From an uncultured virus (IMG/VR IMGVR_UViG_3300032291_002419) (taxonomy: Duplodnaviria; Heunggongvirae; Uroviricota; Caudoviricetes), in the IMG/VR virus record IMGVR_UViG_3300032291_002419: a stretch of 63,890 nt of DNA; one strand, written 5' to 3'. The notes below the pieces were generated by a model. It was not told the DNA's origin. It did not search any database and saw only the letters and a program-made list of their open reading frames with translations. Below, in pieces: positions 9,925 through 20,555 of this stretch. Within the stretch, counting starts at the first letter, position 1; the number at the start of each line of letters is the position of its first letter. The position numbers were made by a program, and so were the translations under genes.

Positions 9925-11319
9925 ATGGCAACGCTTTTAGACCTTTTCAAATCACAAAAGAACGAACTTTACGGTGGAATATCAGTAAAAACCTATATTG
10001 AAAGTAGAGGAGTAATCAATCCATCGAGGGTAGCTGCATTAGCCACATCATCTCCAAATCAATTAGGTGATTTAATAGGTAATCAAGTCGGAGGAATATT
10101 ATTAGGGTCAGCAAATAGACCATCGGATACTATATTTCGTAATCAATCGGCTATTAGTAAGCCCGTATCATTAGGAAAGACGCAAGAGGGTTTAAAAACG
10201 GCAACCGATGCCAATACATCTTATTATGTAAAACAATCACCAGCCCCATCATCTCTATTAGCATCATATAAGCAAGGTGCAACTACTATTGGTGGAATGG
10301 CTATAAATACTGCTATTAATAGTATTACGAAAGGTGGGTTGGCAAAATTGGCTGAAAATTTGAAAGAAAAAACAAATGATACTAAATTATACGGCGTTAA
10401 ATATTTAAACGGTAAAACCGAAAATAGGAAATTTTCCGAGTATTATAGAAAATTAGATGGCGTACTTATCGAACGAACTAACGATATGGGAGTAAATTGG
10501 GAGGTTGGGCAAACTAACCTATTAGAATCATACAATATTTCCACTGATGATTTAAAAAAACCTGAATATCAAAATCATGTAATAACAACATTTGAATTAA
10601 TTCCAAATCAAGGAGAGACGATAAAAAAAGTTCCATTCATCGGAACAATTACTGGAATAACCGAAGATATATCGCCTGAATGGGATTCATTTAAATACAT
10701 TGGTTCGCCATTTAATATATATAGATATAAAGGAGTTGAGAGGACATTGCAATTTGATTTAAAATTATACTACACAACTTCAAAGGAAAGAGATATTATG
10801 ATTCAAAAAATTAATTATTTAAAAGAATTGGCATTTCCTGATAGAAATATTAAAACTATAAAATTTGTCGGTAGCTCTGATTCACAATATGCTATGGCTC
10901 CAAATTTGGTCAAAGTATCAATTGGAGAATTATACAAAGGAGTATCCGGAATCATAGATAATCTATCCTTTACCATAGATGATAACACGTCTTGGCCACG
11001 ATTCGATGATGGCGATAAGTATATAATCGACAACCCATCCAACGGAACGGATAAAAACTCACAGAGTCATTCTGATAAAATAGGAGTTGGCTTTAGAAAA
11101 ATGGATAAATCCACTAATTTTATGTACCCAAGTGTTATAGATGTTTCGATTTCTATGAAAATTATTGAAACATATGGGATTACTACAAAAGAGAACACAA
11201 AAACATATAGTTATAATTTTGATGGAAAAACTCCACCAATCCAAAATATACCACCAAACCAACCGCGACAAATACCAACCAACTTCGAACCGCTTGGAAA
11301 TCGGATACTTAATGTTTAA
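9925..11319 (+). CDS. Baseplate/tail-tube initiator-like protein
   Basis: ITEDISPEW..FKYIG....YRYKGVERTLQFDL is typical of contractile-tail tube initiators; position after TMP. Confidence 0.6.
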   Translation: MATLLDLFKSQKNELYGGISVKTYIESRGVINPSRVAALATSSPNQLGDLIGNQVGGILLGSANRPSDTIFRNQSAISKPVSLGKTQEGLKTATDANTSYYVKQSPAPSSLLASYKQGATTIGGMAINTAINSITKGGLAKLAENLKEKTNDTKLYGVKYLNGKTENRKFSEYYRKLDGVLIERTNDMGVNWEVGQTNLLESYNISTDDLKKPEYQNHVITTFELIPNQGETIKKVPFIGTITGITEDISPEWDSFKYIGSPFNIYRYKGVERTLQFDLKLYYTTSKERDIMIQKINYLKELAFPDRNIKTIKFVGSSDSQYAMAPNLVKVSIGELYKGVSGIIDNLSFTIDDNTSWPRFDDGDKYIIDNPSNGTDKNSQSHSDKIGVGFRKMDKSTNFMYPSVIDVSISMKIIETYGITTKENTKTYSYNFDGKTPPIQNIPPNQPRQIPTNFEPLGNRILNV

Positions 11320-11334
11320 ACTTTAAACCCAATA

Positions 11335-11637
11335 ATGGCAAATAGATATACATACGCAACTATACAGGTAGAACCATCTACTAAACGAAAATATTTAGGT
11401 AGTATTATTTATCCAAAAATAAAACCTACGGATAATGATTTATACGTAATTTCCGAAGCAACCGATAGATTGGATTTGATGGCACATAAATATTATGGCG
11501 ATAGAGCGTTATGGTGGATTATTGCAGTAGCAAATAACATTAATGATGCTTCATTTTATGTAACCGAAGGATTGCAACTTAGAATTCCATCTAATATATC
11601 TCAAATTTTAAATGATTTACAAAATATAAATAAATAA
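11335..11637 (+). CDS. LysM-like baseplate wedge protein (gp53/tail X-like)
   Basis: DRLDLMAHKYYGDRALWWIIAVANNI...GLQLRIP. Confidence 0.85.
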   Translation: MANRYTYATIQVEPSTKRKYLGSIIYPKIKPTDNDLYVISEATDRLDLMAHKYYGDRALWWIIAVANNINDASFYVTEGLQLRIPSNISQILNDLQNINK

Positions 11638-11640
11638 GTT

Positions 11641-13863
11641 ATGCCATTTCCATTTATAGCCCCATTAAAACCTTGGATTGAAACTAAATTAAAAAATAGG
11701 GAAATAGATTCATATACAACACATAGGTTATCACCTTTTGTCATCATGTCATCCGGAGCAATCGTTACAAATGATACTTCCAAAGGTATTAACGAAATTA
11801 TAAAAAATGGAACATCTGGAGGTAAAACATTTAAAGGTTGTGTAATTTCAAATCAAAGTGAATTTTCAAAATTATACCAAACATCGGAGACTATATTGGG
11901 CTATGATTTGGATGGAAATCCAATCACAATAGAAGGCGAAGCTGGTAGAAAAATATCTACACCAATAATACAATCTGTCGAAATTGATACAGATGGTGGA
12001 AATAATACCTTGAAAACTGCTCAAATAAAAATTAAATGCTTTTCATTGAAGCAGTTAGAAATGTTTGATTTATTTTTTCTTCGTCCATCAATGCATGTAA
12101 TGTTAGAATATGGTTGGAATGCTGATATCATTAAACGTAATACCGAAATAGATACTAAGCTATTTGCAAAAAAGAACCATAAAGAGTATATATCGGCATT
12201 TTCGGAAATATTTATAGATGTTAAAAAATCAAAGGGTACATATTTAACTACATTAGAAAAGACCGATGGTAATTATGATTACATGCCAGGTAAAGTTACC
12301 AATTTTACATACAGTCCTGCCGAAGATGGTACATATGATATAGATTTGGAATTATCAGCAGGAAATGAGTTACAATTGTGGATGCCAATCAAACAATCAA
12401 ATACACACTCTACTACTAAAACCACAGGAAAACCAGATGTTAGTACGTATGCTGAATGGATACAACGAATTGCAAGTGATTTTGAACAATCTTCACTGTT
12501 AGGAACGCTAAAGAATGAGGGTATTTGGAAAAAGGAATTTTTTAATTGGGGGATACTAAATGATAGAGATGATACTAAAGTAGTATCGTTTAATGAGTAT
12601 ATTTCTTTTAAATTAATTTTAGAATTAGCTAAAACCAATGAATTATTTAAATCGAATGATACTATAATATTAAATTATACCGATTCGACGGGTAACTTTG
12701 TAATACCGATGAATTCGGATAAATATATGATATCAACTTCGGAAGATATTATAATTCCAAATAAAATGCCGGAATTTAAATTTGCAGATAAGAACTCAAG
12801 CCTTTTAGTGATTGACGATATAAAAAAAGGTGCAGGTTATAATGGGATGGTGAATGGCAAAATATTTAATTTAAACGATAATAAGTTAACGGCGCAAATA
12901 GCAGGCTCAAACTCTCCGCTAATAAGCGACACTAATGTTAAATATGGGAATTTGTTAAATATGTTTTTCAAATATAAAACAATATTGCAGATATATAACG
13001 AATCGTTTACTCAGGCTGATTTTATAAATGGCGTATTATCTATTGTAAATGATAATACCTACGGATTATGTAGAATGGAATTAATGGCATTGGATGATAC
13101 ATCTGATTCAACTGGAAAGAGCTTACACATAATCGATTATACGTTATTACAATCGCCACCGCCAAATGAAAAATCTGTATATAGATTTAAAATAGGACCA
13201 ACCACTAATGTCGTACGTGAATTAAATTTTTCAATGGAACTAAGTACATTGGCACAGTCGCAAGCATTATATCAATCTCAATTAAATTTCGATAGTATAT
13301 TAGATATCAATGCATTTACTTCGGGTTCACAGCCTGAATTGACTTTAAAAGATGATAGATATTCATTATTTGACATGAGCTACGCGAAAAATTCAGATGG
13401 GTATTTTTCAATAAATGAAATAGAAAAGAAGGTAGTAATTACTACCGCACAGCGACGTATTAAGAAACAACAAGAAACAGGCCTGCAACAAACCACCTTA
13501 CCGAAAGCCAATGATGGTGATGCAACCATCGATAATAAAGAAGAAGTATTAAAGTCTAAATCAATTAAATTTAAAATTGATAAAGAAATTAGGACTCTTA
13601 TATTTTTAGATAGAGGTGTAATTCTAAATAAACTAAAAAAAACACAAAAAAATGCATCCGCTTTAACATTTTTCGAAATAACTCTAGCAATAGATGGAAT
13701 TGCTGGATTAAGTTGTGGTGAATATTTTAAAATAGATGGCATACCTGAAATATATAATAAAAACGGTATATTTCAAATTACAAATGTAAAACACGGTATA
13801 GATGAATCTGGTTGGAAAACGACAATAGAAGCGGGTTATCGAATTAATACAAATACAATTTAA
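11641..13863 (+). CDS. Baseplate hub protein (gp27/gp44-like)
   Basis: MLEYGW, NYDYMPGKVTNFTY, C-terminal FQITNVKHGIDESGWKTTIEA; follows the LysM gene. Confidence 0.65.
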   Translation: MPFPFIAPLKPWIETKLKNREIDSYTTHRLSPFVIMSSGAIVTNDTSKGINEIIKNGTSGGKTFKGCVISNQSEFSKLYQTSETILGYDLDGNPITIEGEAGRKISTPIIQSVEIDTDGGNNTLKTAQIKIKCFSLKQLEMFDLFFLRPSMHVMLEYGWNADIIKRNTEIDTKLFAKKNHKEYISAFSEIFIDVKKSKGTYLTTLEKTDGNYDYMPGKVTNFTYSPAEDGTYDIDLELSAGNELQLWMPIKQSNTHSTTKTTGKPDVSTYAEWIQRIASDFEQSSLLGTLKNEGIWKKEFFNWGILNDRDDTKVVSFNEYISFKLILELAKTNELFKSNDTIILNYTDSTGNFVIPMNSDKYMISTSEDIIIPNKMPEFKFADKNSSLLVIDDIKKGAGYNGMVNGKIFNLNDNKLTAQIAGSNSPLISDTNVKYGNLLNMFFKYKTILQIYNESFTQADFINGVLSIVNDNTYGLCRMELMALDDTSDSTGKSLHIIDYTLLQSPPPNEKSVYRFKIGPTTNVVRELNFSMELSTLAQSQALYQSQLNFDSILDINAFTSGSQPELTLKDDRYSLFDMSYAKNSDGYFSINEIEKKVVITTAQRRIKKQQETGLQQTTLPKANDGDATIDNKEEVLKSKSIKFKIDKEIRTLIFLDRGVILNKLKKTQKNASALTFFEITLAIDGIAGLSCGEYFKIDGIPEIYNKNGIFQITNVKHGIDESGWKTTIEAGYRINTNTI

Positions 13864-13880
13864 TAAATTATTTACCAATT

Positions 13881-14255
13881 ATGTATAAAGATTTAGTAGC
13901 TAACAACGATACATTTTCATTAAATACACCGAATACAATTGTTCCGACTCCATCTAATAATGATTATGCTCAATCGTATTTAATTAGATATTTCATACAA
14001 AGAGTAAGCGATTTAAACGGATTTGTATATGAAGTATCGAAATCCGATTATGAAACCTATTTGGAAAACCCATATTGGAAAGCAGATAGTATGCGATGGA
14101 GAATTTCAGGCCCAATCGATGAAGTGTATGATTTGAATGGCAAATTGATAGATAAGGGAGTTGTTAATTCAAATAAAGCATCTTTATCATTAATTTCTTT
14201 GAAAATTAAAAATATTTCATTATATTTACCAAATTTACGGCAATTTTATAAATAA
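13881..14255 (+). CDS. Hypothetical protein (end of baseplate block)
   Basis: 124-aa ORF. Confidence 0.5.
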   Translation: MYKDLVANNDTFSLNTPNTIVPTPSNNDYAQSYLIRYFIQRVSDLNGFVYEVSKSDYETYLENPYWKADSMRWRISGPIDEVYDLNGKLIDKGVVNSNKASLSLISLKIKNISLYLPNLRQFYK

Positions 14256-14337
14256 CCAATTCTATTCTATTAGATAATTTTAAAAATATTCTTAAAATAT
14301 TTTGAAATTTGAAAAAAATGTATTATCTTTACAATAT

Positions 14338-15603
14338 ATGAACCTAATAGAAACAAATACCGAACTACTATCATTCTATAAAGCATCCATAGACGTGGTT
14401 TTAGCCGTTCCTGTATGGAGTTCTCGTCGTGCGCATCAATATGATACACCAATATCCTTTTTGTATCTTAGAACGAACGTTTCGGACTATATTATAAACT
14501 TCAATCATATAGATGCTCAGCAATGCAATCTTATTAATTTCGATAAACTAATTTCAAATGATACTTTAGTTTATGGGAATCGTTATTTAAATACGAAAGG
14601 ATTGGATTATGAATTGGTGTATTTTGAAGAATATGGAGAAGCATTTATTTTAAATGAATTTGTAGATGAGATTTATAAAGGATATCGTAATAATTTTAAA
14701 TATCTAAATGATTGCGTTCCATTAATGAAGTGGTATGAAATCTTAAAAAAAATACCAATAATATCAGATATCAAAAGTTGGTATAGAAAATATTCAGATT
14801 CTATTAACATATTAGGTAGGTTGGAATCATCCGGTGTTAGAGTACAAGAAGAAACATTTATAACTAAATTCAACTTTGATAGAGAATATCTTCAAAATGG
14901 GCTAGTATTTACACAATATAATCCATATACTACGACGGGTAGACCTAGTAATAGACATCTCAATGTGAATTGGGCTGCTATGAATAAATCGGATGGCAGT
15001 AGAGCAAATATAATAAGTCGTTTTGATGGAGGAACACTACTACAATTTGATTATGAATCGTATCACATTCGTATTATTGGAAAAATGATAGGGTATGTAT
15101 TTCCAGATGGAGAAACTGCGCACGAACATTTGGCAAAATACTATGGAGTTACAACCGAAGAATCCAAAGCTCTTTCATTTCGATATTTGTATGGTGGATT
15201 AGATGAATTTGCCAAAACAATTCCATTTTTTCAAAAAGTAGATGAATATATTCAAACGATTTGGAAAGAGTTTGTAATTTCTGGCAAACTAACAACTCCT
15301 ATATATAAGCGAGATATACCATTTGAGAGAATTGAATCGGCTACGGAGCAGAAAGTATTTAATTATCTAATACAGGCATTGGAAACAGAATTAAATTATG
15401 TAAAAATAGATTCGGTATTAAAATTTTTGAATGGAAAATTGAGTAAAATGATACTATATACATATGATGCATTTCTGATAGATACACATCCAAACGAACG
15501 AGATGAAATTTTAAATTCGCTGAAATTGGTAATGGAGAAAGGTGGGTTTCCCGTTAGAATAGAAGAGGGTAAAAATTATGATAATTTATCCATAATAAAA
15601 TAA
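14338..15603 (+). CDS. Compact family-A DNA polymerase-like protein
   Basis: TTTGRPSN, motif A QFDYESYHIRII, motif B SKALSFRYLYG, FNYLIQA, motif C variant YTYDAFLID; ATG at 14338 follows a promoter-like element. Confidence 0.8.
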   Translation: MNLIETNTELLSFYKASIDVVLAVPVWSSRRAHQYDTPISFLYLRTNVSDYIINFNHIDAQQCNLINFDKLISNDTLVYGNRYLNTKGLDYELVYFEEYGEAFILNEFVDEIYKGYRNNFKYLNDCVPLMKWYEILKKIPIISDIKSWYRKYSDSINILGRLESSGVRVQEETFITKFNFDREYLQNGLVFTQYNPYTTTGRPSNRHLNVNWAAMNKSDGSRANIISRFDGGTLLQFDYESYHIRIIGKMIGYVFPDGETAHEHLAKYYGVTTEESKALSFRYLYGGLDEFAKTIPFFQKVDEYIQTIWKEFVISGKLTTPIYKRDIPFERIESATEQKVFNYLIQALETELNYVKIDSVLKFLNGKLSKMILYTYDAFLIDTHPNERDEILNSLKLVMEKGGFPVRIEEGKNYDNLSIIK

Positions 15604-15663
15604 AAAATTATATTTATACTATATATAGCGTATATATAATTAAAAAATGTTGATTAAGACTAA

Positions 15664-16626
15664 ATGATTTCATTACAATCCATATTATATGAAATAACTA
15701 ATAGCCAATTTCCTGCAATATCAAAGGAAAGTGGTAAACTTGTATATTTCAAAAGTAAAAAGGGATTAGAATCTGCTATAAGCACCGGTTCACACATTTC
15801 ACCAAAATCAAATTCAACAAAAGGAAATGCAGTATTTGATAGGGGTAGTAATGTATTCGCTAATACGAAACGACCATCATTAAAATCTGCGATAAGTTCC
15901 ATTATAAAAAAAGATGGTAAAAATTCAAATAAAAGAAGTGAACTATCTCAAATGAATGCGCAGAATCAAGGTAATTGGGCAAGAACTAAATCTAAAGAAG
16001 ATTCATACTATGCCGAACATATGATGCGTTGGCAACGAATGATTGATAAGAATAGTTTAAATACAATAGATAAATTATTACAACGAGACCCACCACCACC
16101 AATTAAAACAGATTTACCATTAATGCGTGGTATGATTATGCATGAAATGGATGCTTCGAAATTTTTATCAAATTTTAAAAAAGGAGATGAGGTAAAATTA
16201 CCAATTGGCTCATATACATTCGATTCACAAATCGCATTAGATTTTGCCAATGGAAGTAATACTCCAAATAAACAAGTTGATAATACTGGAACGCATTCCA
16301 TTATAATACGAATTACTGGTGAAGATGAAATTATTGATGGATTTTGTATGAATGCCAATGTTGGACGAGTAACCGAAAGAGATAGAAATCACAGATTTAG
16401 TAATTGGGCATTGCAACATGAGGTATTATTACCATCCAACCAAACTTATAACGTTATGAATGTGGACACTAAAGAATTAGATAAAGGAAAATCATTAATA
16501 ATATTGGATTTAATGCAAAATCGTTCTTCTAAAGATAAACTATCCGAATTAATTGATGTAACGAATTCGAATATACTAAAAAAATATTTACAGTATGGCA
16601 TGTATAACGAAACTATAAAAAAATAA
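15664..16626 (+). CDS. ADP-ribosyltransferase (R-S-E type, Alt/VIP2-like), probably head-packaged
   Basis: LMRG, GSYTFD and QHEVLLPSNQTYNV motifs; N-terminal SLQSILYE leader; late-type motif at 15610-15618. Confidence 0.65.
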   Translation: MISLQSILYEITNSQFPAISKESGKLVYFKSKKGLESAISTGSHISPKSNSTKGNAVFDRGSNVFANTKRPSLKSAISSIIKKDGKNSNKRSELSQMNAQNQGNWARTKSKEDSYYAEHMMRWQRMIDKNSLNTIDKLLQRDPPPPIKTDLPLMRGMIMHEMDASKFLSNFKKGDEVKLPIGSYTFDSQIALDFANGSNTPNKQVDNTGTHSIIIRITGEDEIIDGFCMNANVGRVTERDRNHRFSNWALQHEVLLPSNQTYNVMNVDTKELDKGKSLIILDLMQNRSSKDKLSELIDVTNSNILKKYLQYGMYNETIKK

Positions 16627-18659
16627 TGACTCCAAATTTTGAAGAAATATTATTGGAACTAAGTTACAGAGTGGATAGTGGAATCCCAGATTTAACTAAT
16701 GAATATCATATTGAACATTTAATTGATATTTTAAGAGAAAATGGGATTCCTAATACAACTAAATTGGCTAAGACGGCTCAAATTCATTTTTCACAATTGA
16801 ACGAAGCTAGCACCAAAGGACCGACATTTACAGCAATCAAAAATGATAGTGGAAATCTTAGTCACTTTGATAGTAAAGAAGCAAGGGATGCTGCAATCGA
16901 AGCAGGAACTCACTCAGACCCAGCCAAACCTACACAACAATCTCAACCAAAAAGCGATAAAAAATTAAGTGGTAGTGATTACATACCATCTGCCGAAAAA
17001 AAACCAACTACATCTAAAGAAGTGGATGTTAATAACGGAGTAGCCGTAGCCGCGCCTAAACAAAAATATGGTACTAAAGGCTCTAAACAATTAGACCAGA
17101 AAAAAGCAAATAATAGATTAAAAGTACTGCCTCCTTCGGGCATTTCAACTGATAAAGCTGTTTCTAATTTTACCAAAACATATCCAAATGGAATAACTAC
17201 TGATTACCAATACCCATCCGAATCAGATGAGATGTTAAAAAGCAAATTACCACCAGCTGGATATGATGCTTTAAAAAGTATTTTACAAATGTCTAAGCAA
17301 GGTGATTTCGAACCACCTATTAGTATGATTACCGACCAATATGGTGCAGGTAAAATATCAGCACAGTCAAATGAATTGGCATTACAAGCGGTATATTCAT
17401 TTCCAAATACACCAAAAGGAATATCTGCTAGAAATAATTTTATTAATTCATTGGTGCAAAATGCAAATGAAATTGAAGAAGCGGGTGGTATTCCTATTTT
17501 AGATAAAACATGGATTAAAGAATTCTCAGGAGCACATGATGCGTTCATTAAAAATATGAACAGACAGTATGGTAACGGAAATTGGGAAGTTACTGGTATG
17601 ACTTGGGATGTAAGAGTACAACAAACAGCATTAGGAGCAGATTATAATTCAAAGGGGAATTCAACCGATATTAATGCACAGGTTAAAATAAAGGGACAAA
17701 TTGAAAATATTGAAATAAGTTGTAAAAAGAATTGGGATATTTTCTTATTAAACGCAGGATTGGGTGAAGCTAAAAACTGGTACTATACATTAGGTTTAGA
17801 AAAAGAAATGAGAGCCAATGATTTGCAAAATATGAAAGATGCAAAAGACCCTCGATATGGTAAAGTAGAGGATATGGAATTAAGAGAATATTCAAAACAA
17901 GCTGTATCAAAAGCTCCTATTAAAAATAAAGAATTACAAGATGCACAACTTCAAAGTGCACAAAGAGGATTTGAATTAATTATAGAAATTCCAAATAAAG
18001 ATATGGCAAAAGTACTTCAAGATTGTACAAGCCGTAAGAAGAATGACCCACTATATATGGATAAGAACGAAGCTGAATTGGCAAAAACAGTTCAAAACTA
18101 TCTAAATGATGTTAAAACAATGGATATGGAAGAGTTTGCAAAAACCATTGGTGGTGGTGCAAAAGATTTCAAAAAAGCTGTAATGGTTTATCACAAAATG
18201 TTAGGAGCTTATTCCGGAAAAACCGGTTGGTTGGAATCTCATAAAGAAATTACATATGCATTTATGCAACAAGCTGCTAAAAAAATGGCAACTAATAAAG
18301 AATTCCAAGGAATGTTATTAAGAAAATTACAAGAGGCAATTCCTGTTAAAACTATGGTTGAGGGAATTGAAACAATGCAGATTGATAGTATGTATATTAC
18401 CCAAAAACATATGCAAGAAATGTTTGGTACTGATAAATGGGATAGCATTAAAGAATTTTTAAGTATCAAAGTTACAAACGGAGTAGCATCATTAACATAT
18501 TCAGCAAAAGGAAATAATACAAAACCATTAAAAATAGCTAATATACAAATGAGAGAGAAGGGGGTTGGATACAACGGTGCAGTTTCTTTAGAATGCAAAC
18601 CATCGAAAGAATTCCAAGCAGTTTGTAAGGAAATCGATAATAAAATAAACAAAGAATAA
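16626..18659 (+). CDS. Large probable internal head protein with PD-(D/E)XK nuclease-like domain
   Basis: STDINAQV...IEISCKK motif; LNE processing-like site; shares short modules with the 15664 and 60029 proteins. Confidence 0.5.
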   Translation: MTPNFEEILLELSYRVDSGIPDLTNEYHIEHLIDILRENGIPNTTKLAKTAQIHFSQLNEASTKGPTFTAIKNDSGNLSHFDSKEARDAAIEAGTHSDPAKPTQQSQPKSDKKLSGSDYIPSAEKKPTTSKEVDVNNGVAVAAPKQKYGTKGSKQLDQKKANNRLKVLPPSGISTDKAVSNFTKTYPNGITTDYQYPSESDEMLKSKLPPAGYDALKSILQMSKQGDFEPPISMITDQYGAGKISAQSNELALQAVYSFPNTPKGISARNNFINSLVQNANEIEEAGGIPILDKTWIKEFSGAHDAFIKNMNRQYGNGNWEVTGMTWDVRVQQTALGADYNSKGNSTDINAQVKIKGQIENIEISCKKNWDIFLLNAGLGEAKNWYYTLGLEKEMRANDLQNMKDAKDPRYGKVEDMELREYSKQAVSKAPIKNKELQDAQLQSAQRGFELIIEIPNKDMAKVLQDCTSRKKNDPLYMDKNEAELAKTVQNYLNDVKTMDMEEFAKTIGGGAKDFKKAVMVYHKMLGAYSGKTGWLESHKEITYAFMQQAAKKMATNKEFQGMLLRKLQEAIPVKTMVEGIETMQIDSMYITQKHMQEMFGTDKWDSIKEFLSIKVTNGVASLTYSAKGNNTKPLKIANIQMREKGVGYNGAVSLECKPSKEFQAVCKEIDNKINKE

Positions 18660-19054
18660 TGAACACACAACTACTTTGCTTATTTACTACAAAAGCGGAA
18701 TTAGATAATTCCGTTAATTTTGTATTAGATAATTATATATTAACAAATCCAAATGTTTTTATATTAGAAAATAAAACAAAACCCGAAGAGACTTATATTA
18801 CATTCAATATAGAGAAAGGTATATCTGCCATAGATTCTATTTGGAAAACTATTTTAGTTCATAGAAAAAAGCAATCTAATACTATATATACCATTAATGC
18901 TCTAAACGAAGTTATAAAATACAAAACGGGTGGACATCTCGATACATCATACATTATCGATTGGGATGAATTCCGAAATTCTATAATCACTACATCAAAT
19001 CAGGGGTATAAGAAAATTCCAACAAAAGTTTATAAAAATTTAAATATATCTTAA
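18659..19054 (+). CDS. Hypothetical phage protein
   Basis: 131 aa; VHRKKQSNTIYTINALNE. Confidence 0.55.
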   Translation: MNTQLLCLFTTKAELDNSVNFVLDNYILTNPNVFILENKTKPEETYITFNIEKGISAIDSIWKTILVHRKKQSNTIYTINALNEVIKYKTGGHLDTSYIIDWDEFRNSIITTSNQGYKKIPTKVYKNLNIS

Positions 19055-19076
19055 AATAAAAATTTATACGTTTTAA

Positions 19077-19108
19077 TTTGGAAATTCAAAATTAATTTAT
19101 TACATTTG
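19077..19108 (+). promoter_or_regulatory. Bacteroidota-type sigma70 promoter
   Basis: TTTG (19077-80) - 20 nt - TACATTTG (19101-08). Confidence 0.7.
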
Positions 19109-19143
19109 TTCTAATATAAATAGAAACAATATAATAAACAATT

Positions 19144-19497
19144 ATGTCAGAACCAAAACTCCAAACCGCAATAGAATATTGCGAAGATGCATATCCACAG
19201 ATGTGCGAAGAATTCAAAAACATTTTACATGAAATGTATGTTATGTTTTGTAAGAAACAAAGAAACTACGGACCGGGTAACATTTCAGTAGGAACTTCGC
19301 TTGAAACCAAAGAAGATGTCAAACTATCATTAACCGGATTATGGTTTAGGAAATCGGATAAAATAAATCGATTAAAACAATTAGTTGTACTAGGAGAATC
19401 GGATGAGGTAGGTGAATCGGTAGAAGATACATATCAAGACCTCGCAATCTACTCAATCATCTCACAGTTAGTGCTTAAAAATAAATGGGCAAAATAA
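19144..19497 (+). CDS. Nucleotide-modification-associated domain protein (Nmad1/DUF1599-like)
   Basis: KKQRNYG, RKSDKINRL, EDTYQDLAIYSII. Confidence 0.7.
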   Translation: MSEPKLQTAIEYCEDAYPQMCEEFKNILHEMYVMFCKKQRNYGPGNISVGTSLETKEDVKLSLTGLWFRKSDKINRLKQLVVLGESDEVGESVEDTYQDLAIYSIISQLVLKNKWAK

Positions 19498-19529
19498 TTT
19501 GGAATTTTCAAAAAATAGTTGTATATTTG
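19498..19529 (+). promoter_or_regulatory. Bacteroidota-type sigma70 promoter
   Basis: TTTG (19498-501) - 20 nt - TATATTTG (19522-29). Confidence 0.75.
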
Positions 19530-19628
19530 TAACACCAAAATAAAAAAGGTTATATTTAGATATAAGGATATATCAATATAAAACCTTAAAACTTAAAACA
19601 ATTTTATAAAACTTAAACAAAAAAGCAA

Positions 19629-20468
19629 ATGGACATCGGATTAGCATTAAAACGATTTAACTCGTTACAAAACACCTCCAAACAAACAGATTCACTTTGG
19701 AAGGCAACCCCTGGGAAACATCAAATCAGATTAGTTCCCTACAAGTTCAACAAAGATATTCCTTTCATTGAACTTTATTTTCATTACAATATTAACAACA
19801 AAACTTATTTAAGTCCAATTTCATTTGGCAGACCTGACCCAATAGTTGAATTTGCGGAAAAACTTAAACGTACAGGCGATACCGATGATTGGAAATCGGG
19901 TAAGAAGATGGAGCCAAAATTGAGAACATTTGTACCTGTTATAGTGAGAGGTAAGGAAAATGAAGGTGTTAAATTTTGGGGATTTGGTAAAACTGTCTAT
20001 CAAGACATATTAGGTTACATCGCTGACCCGGATTACGGAGATATCACCGACCCTATGGGTGGAAGAGATATCGTATTGGAAGTCGTTTCTGCGGAAGAAT
20101 CAAACGCATCGTACCCAACAACTACAATTCGTGTTAAGCCATCGATTACAAAATTGGCAGATACAGCTGATATGATTGAGACGCTTTTGGAAAATCAGAA
20201 AGATATTACTGAAATATATTCGGAATTATCTTATGATGAGTTAAAGGGTGTATTAGAAAATTGGCTAAATCCATCATCGGAAGTAACGAAAGATGCGGTA
20301 GTTGAGGCACTTGAAGCACCTAAACAATCGCCAAAGGTTAAAGCACCTAGCATCAGCAATACCGAATCCGACACATTACCTTGGGAAAAGGAAGCACCAA
20401 ATACACAAACCGCACAATCTCCAAAAGATGATGTAGCAGCCGCATTTGATGATTTGTTTAATACTTGA
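19629..20468 (+). CDS. Single-stranded DNA-binding protein (gp32-like)
   Basis: IRLVP, GVKFWGFGKTVY, DITDPMGGRD; acidic tail AAAFDDLFN. Confidence 0.85.
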   Translation: MDIGLALKRFNSLQNTSKQTDSLWKATPGKHQIRLVPYKFNKDIPFIELYFHYNINNKTYLSPISFGRPDPIVEFAEKLKRTGDTDDWKSGKKMEPKLRTFVPVIVRGKENEGVKFWGFGKTVYQDILGYIADPDYGDITDPMGGRDIVLEVVSAEESNASYPTTTIRVKPSITKLADTADMIETLLENQKDITEIYSELSYDELKGVLENWLNPSSEVTKDAVVEALEAPKQSPKVKAPSISNTESDTLPWEKEAPNTQTAQSPKDDVAAAFDDLFNT

Positions 20469-20555
20469 TGCCATTTTCTTTTATAGAATAATGTGGGATA
20501 TTGTAAACGAATATCCAATAAATGTAGAATATTATACACAAATAAAAAAAGAATT

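Noticed and set aside
14302..14337. ORF-track upstream starts (also 20493, 39097, 47546, 59942, 63193)
   Set aside because: These extensions run through promoters or upstream genes. Downstream ATGs with A-rich leaders (14338, 20556, 39181, 47591, 60029, 63268) fit better.
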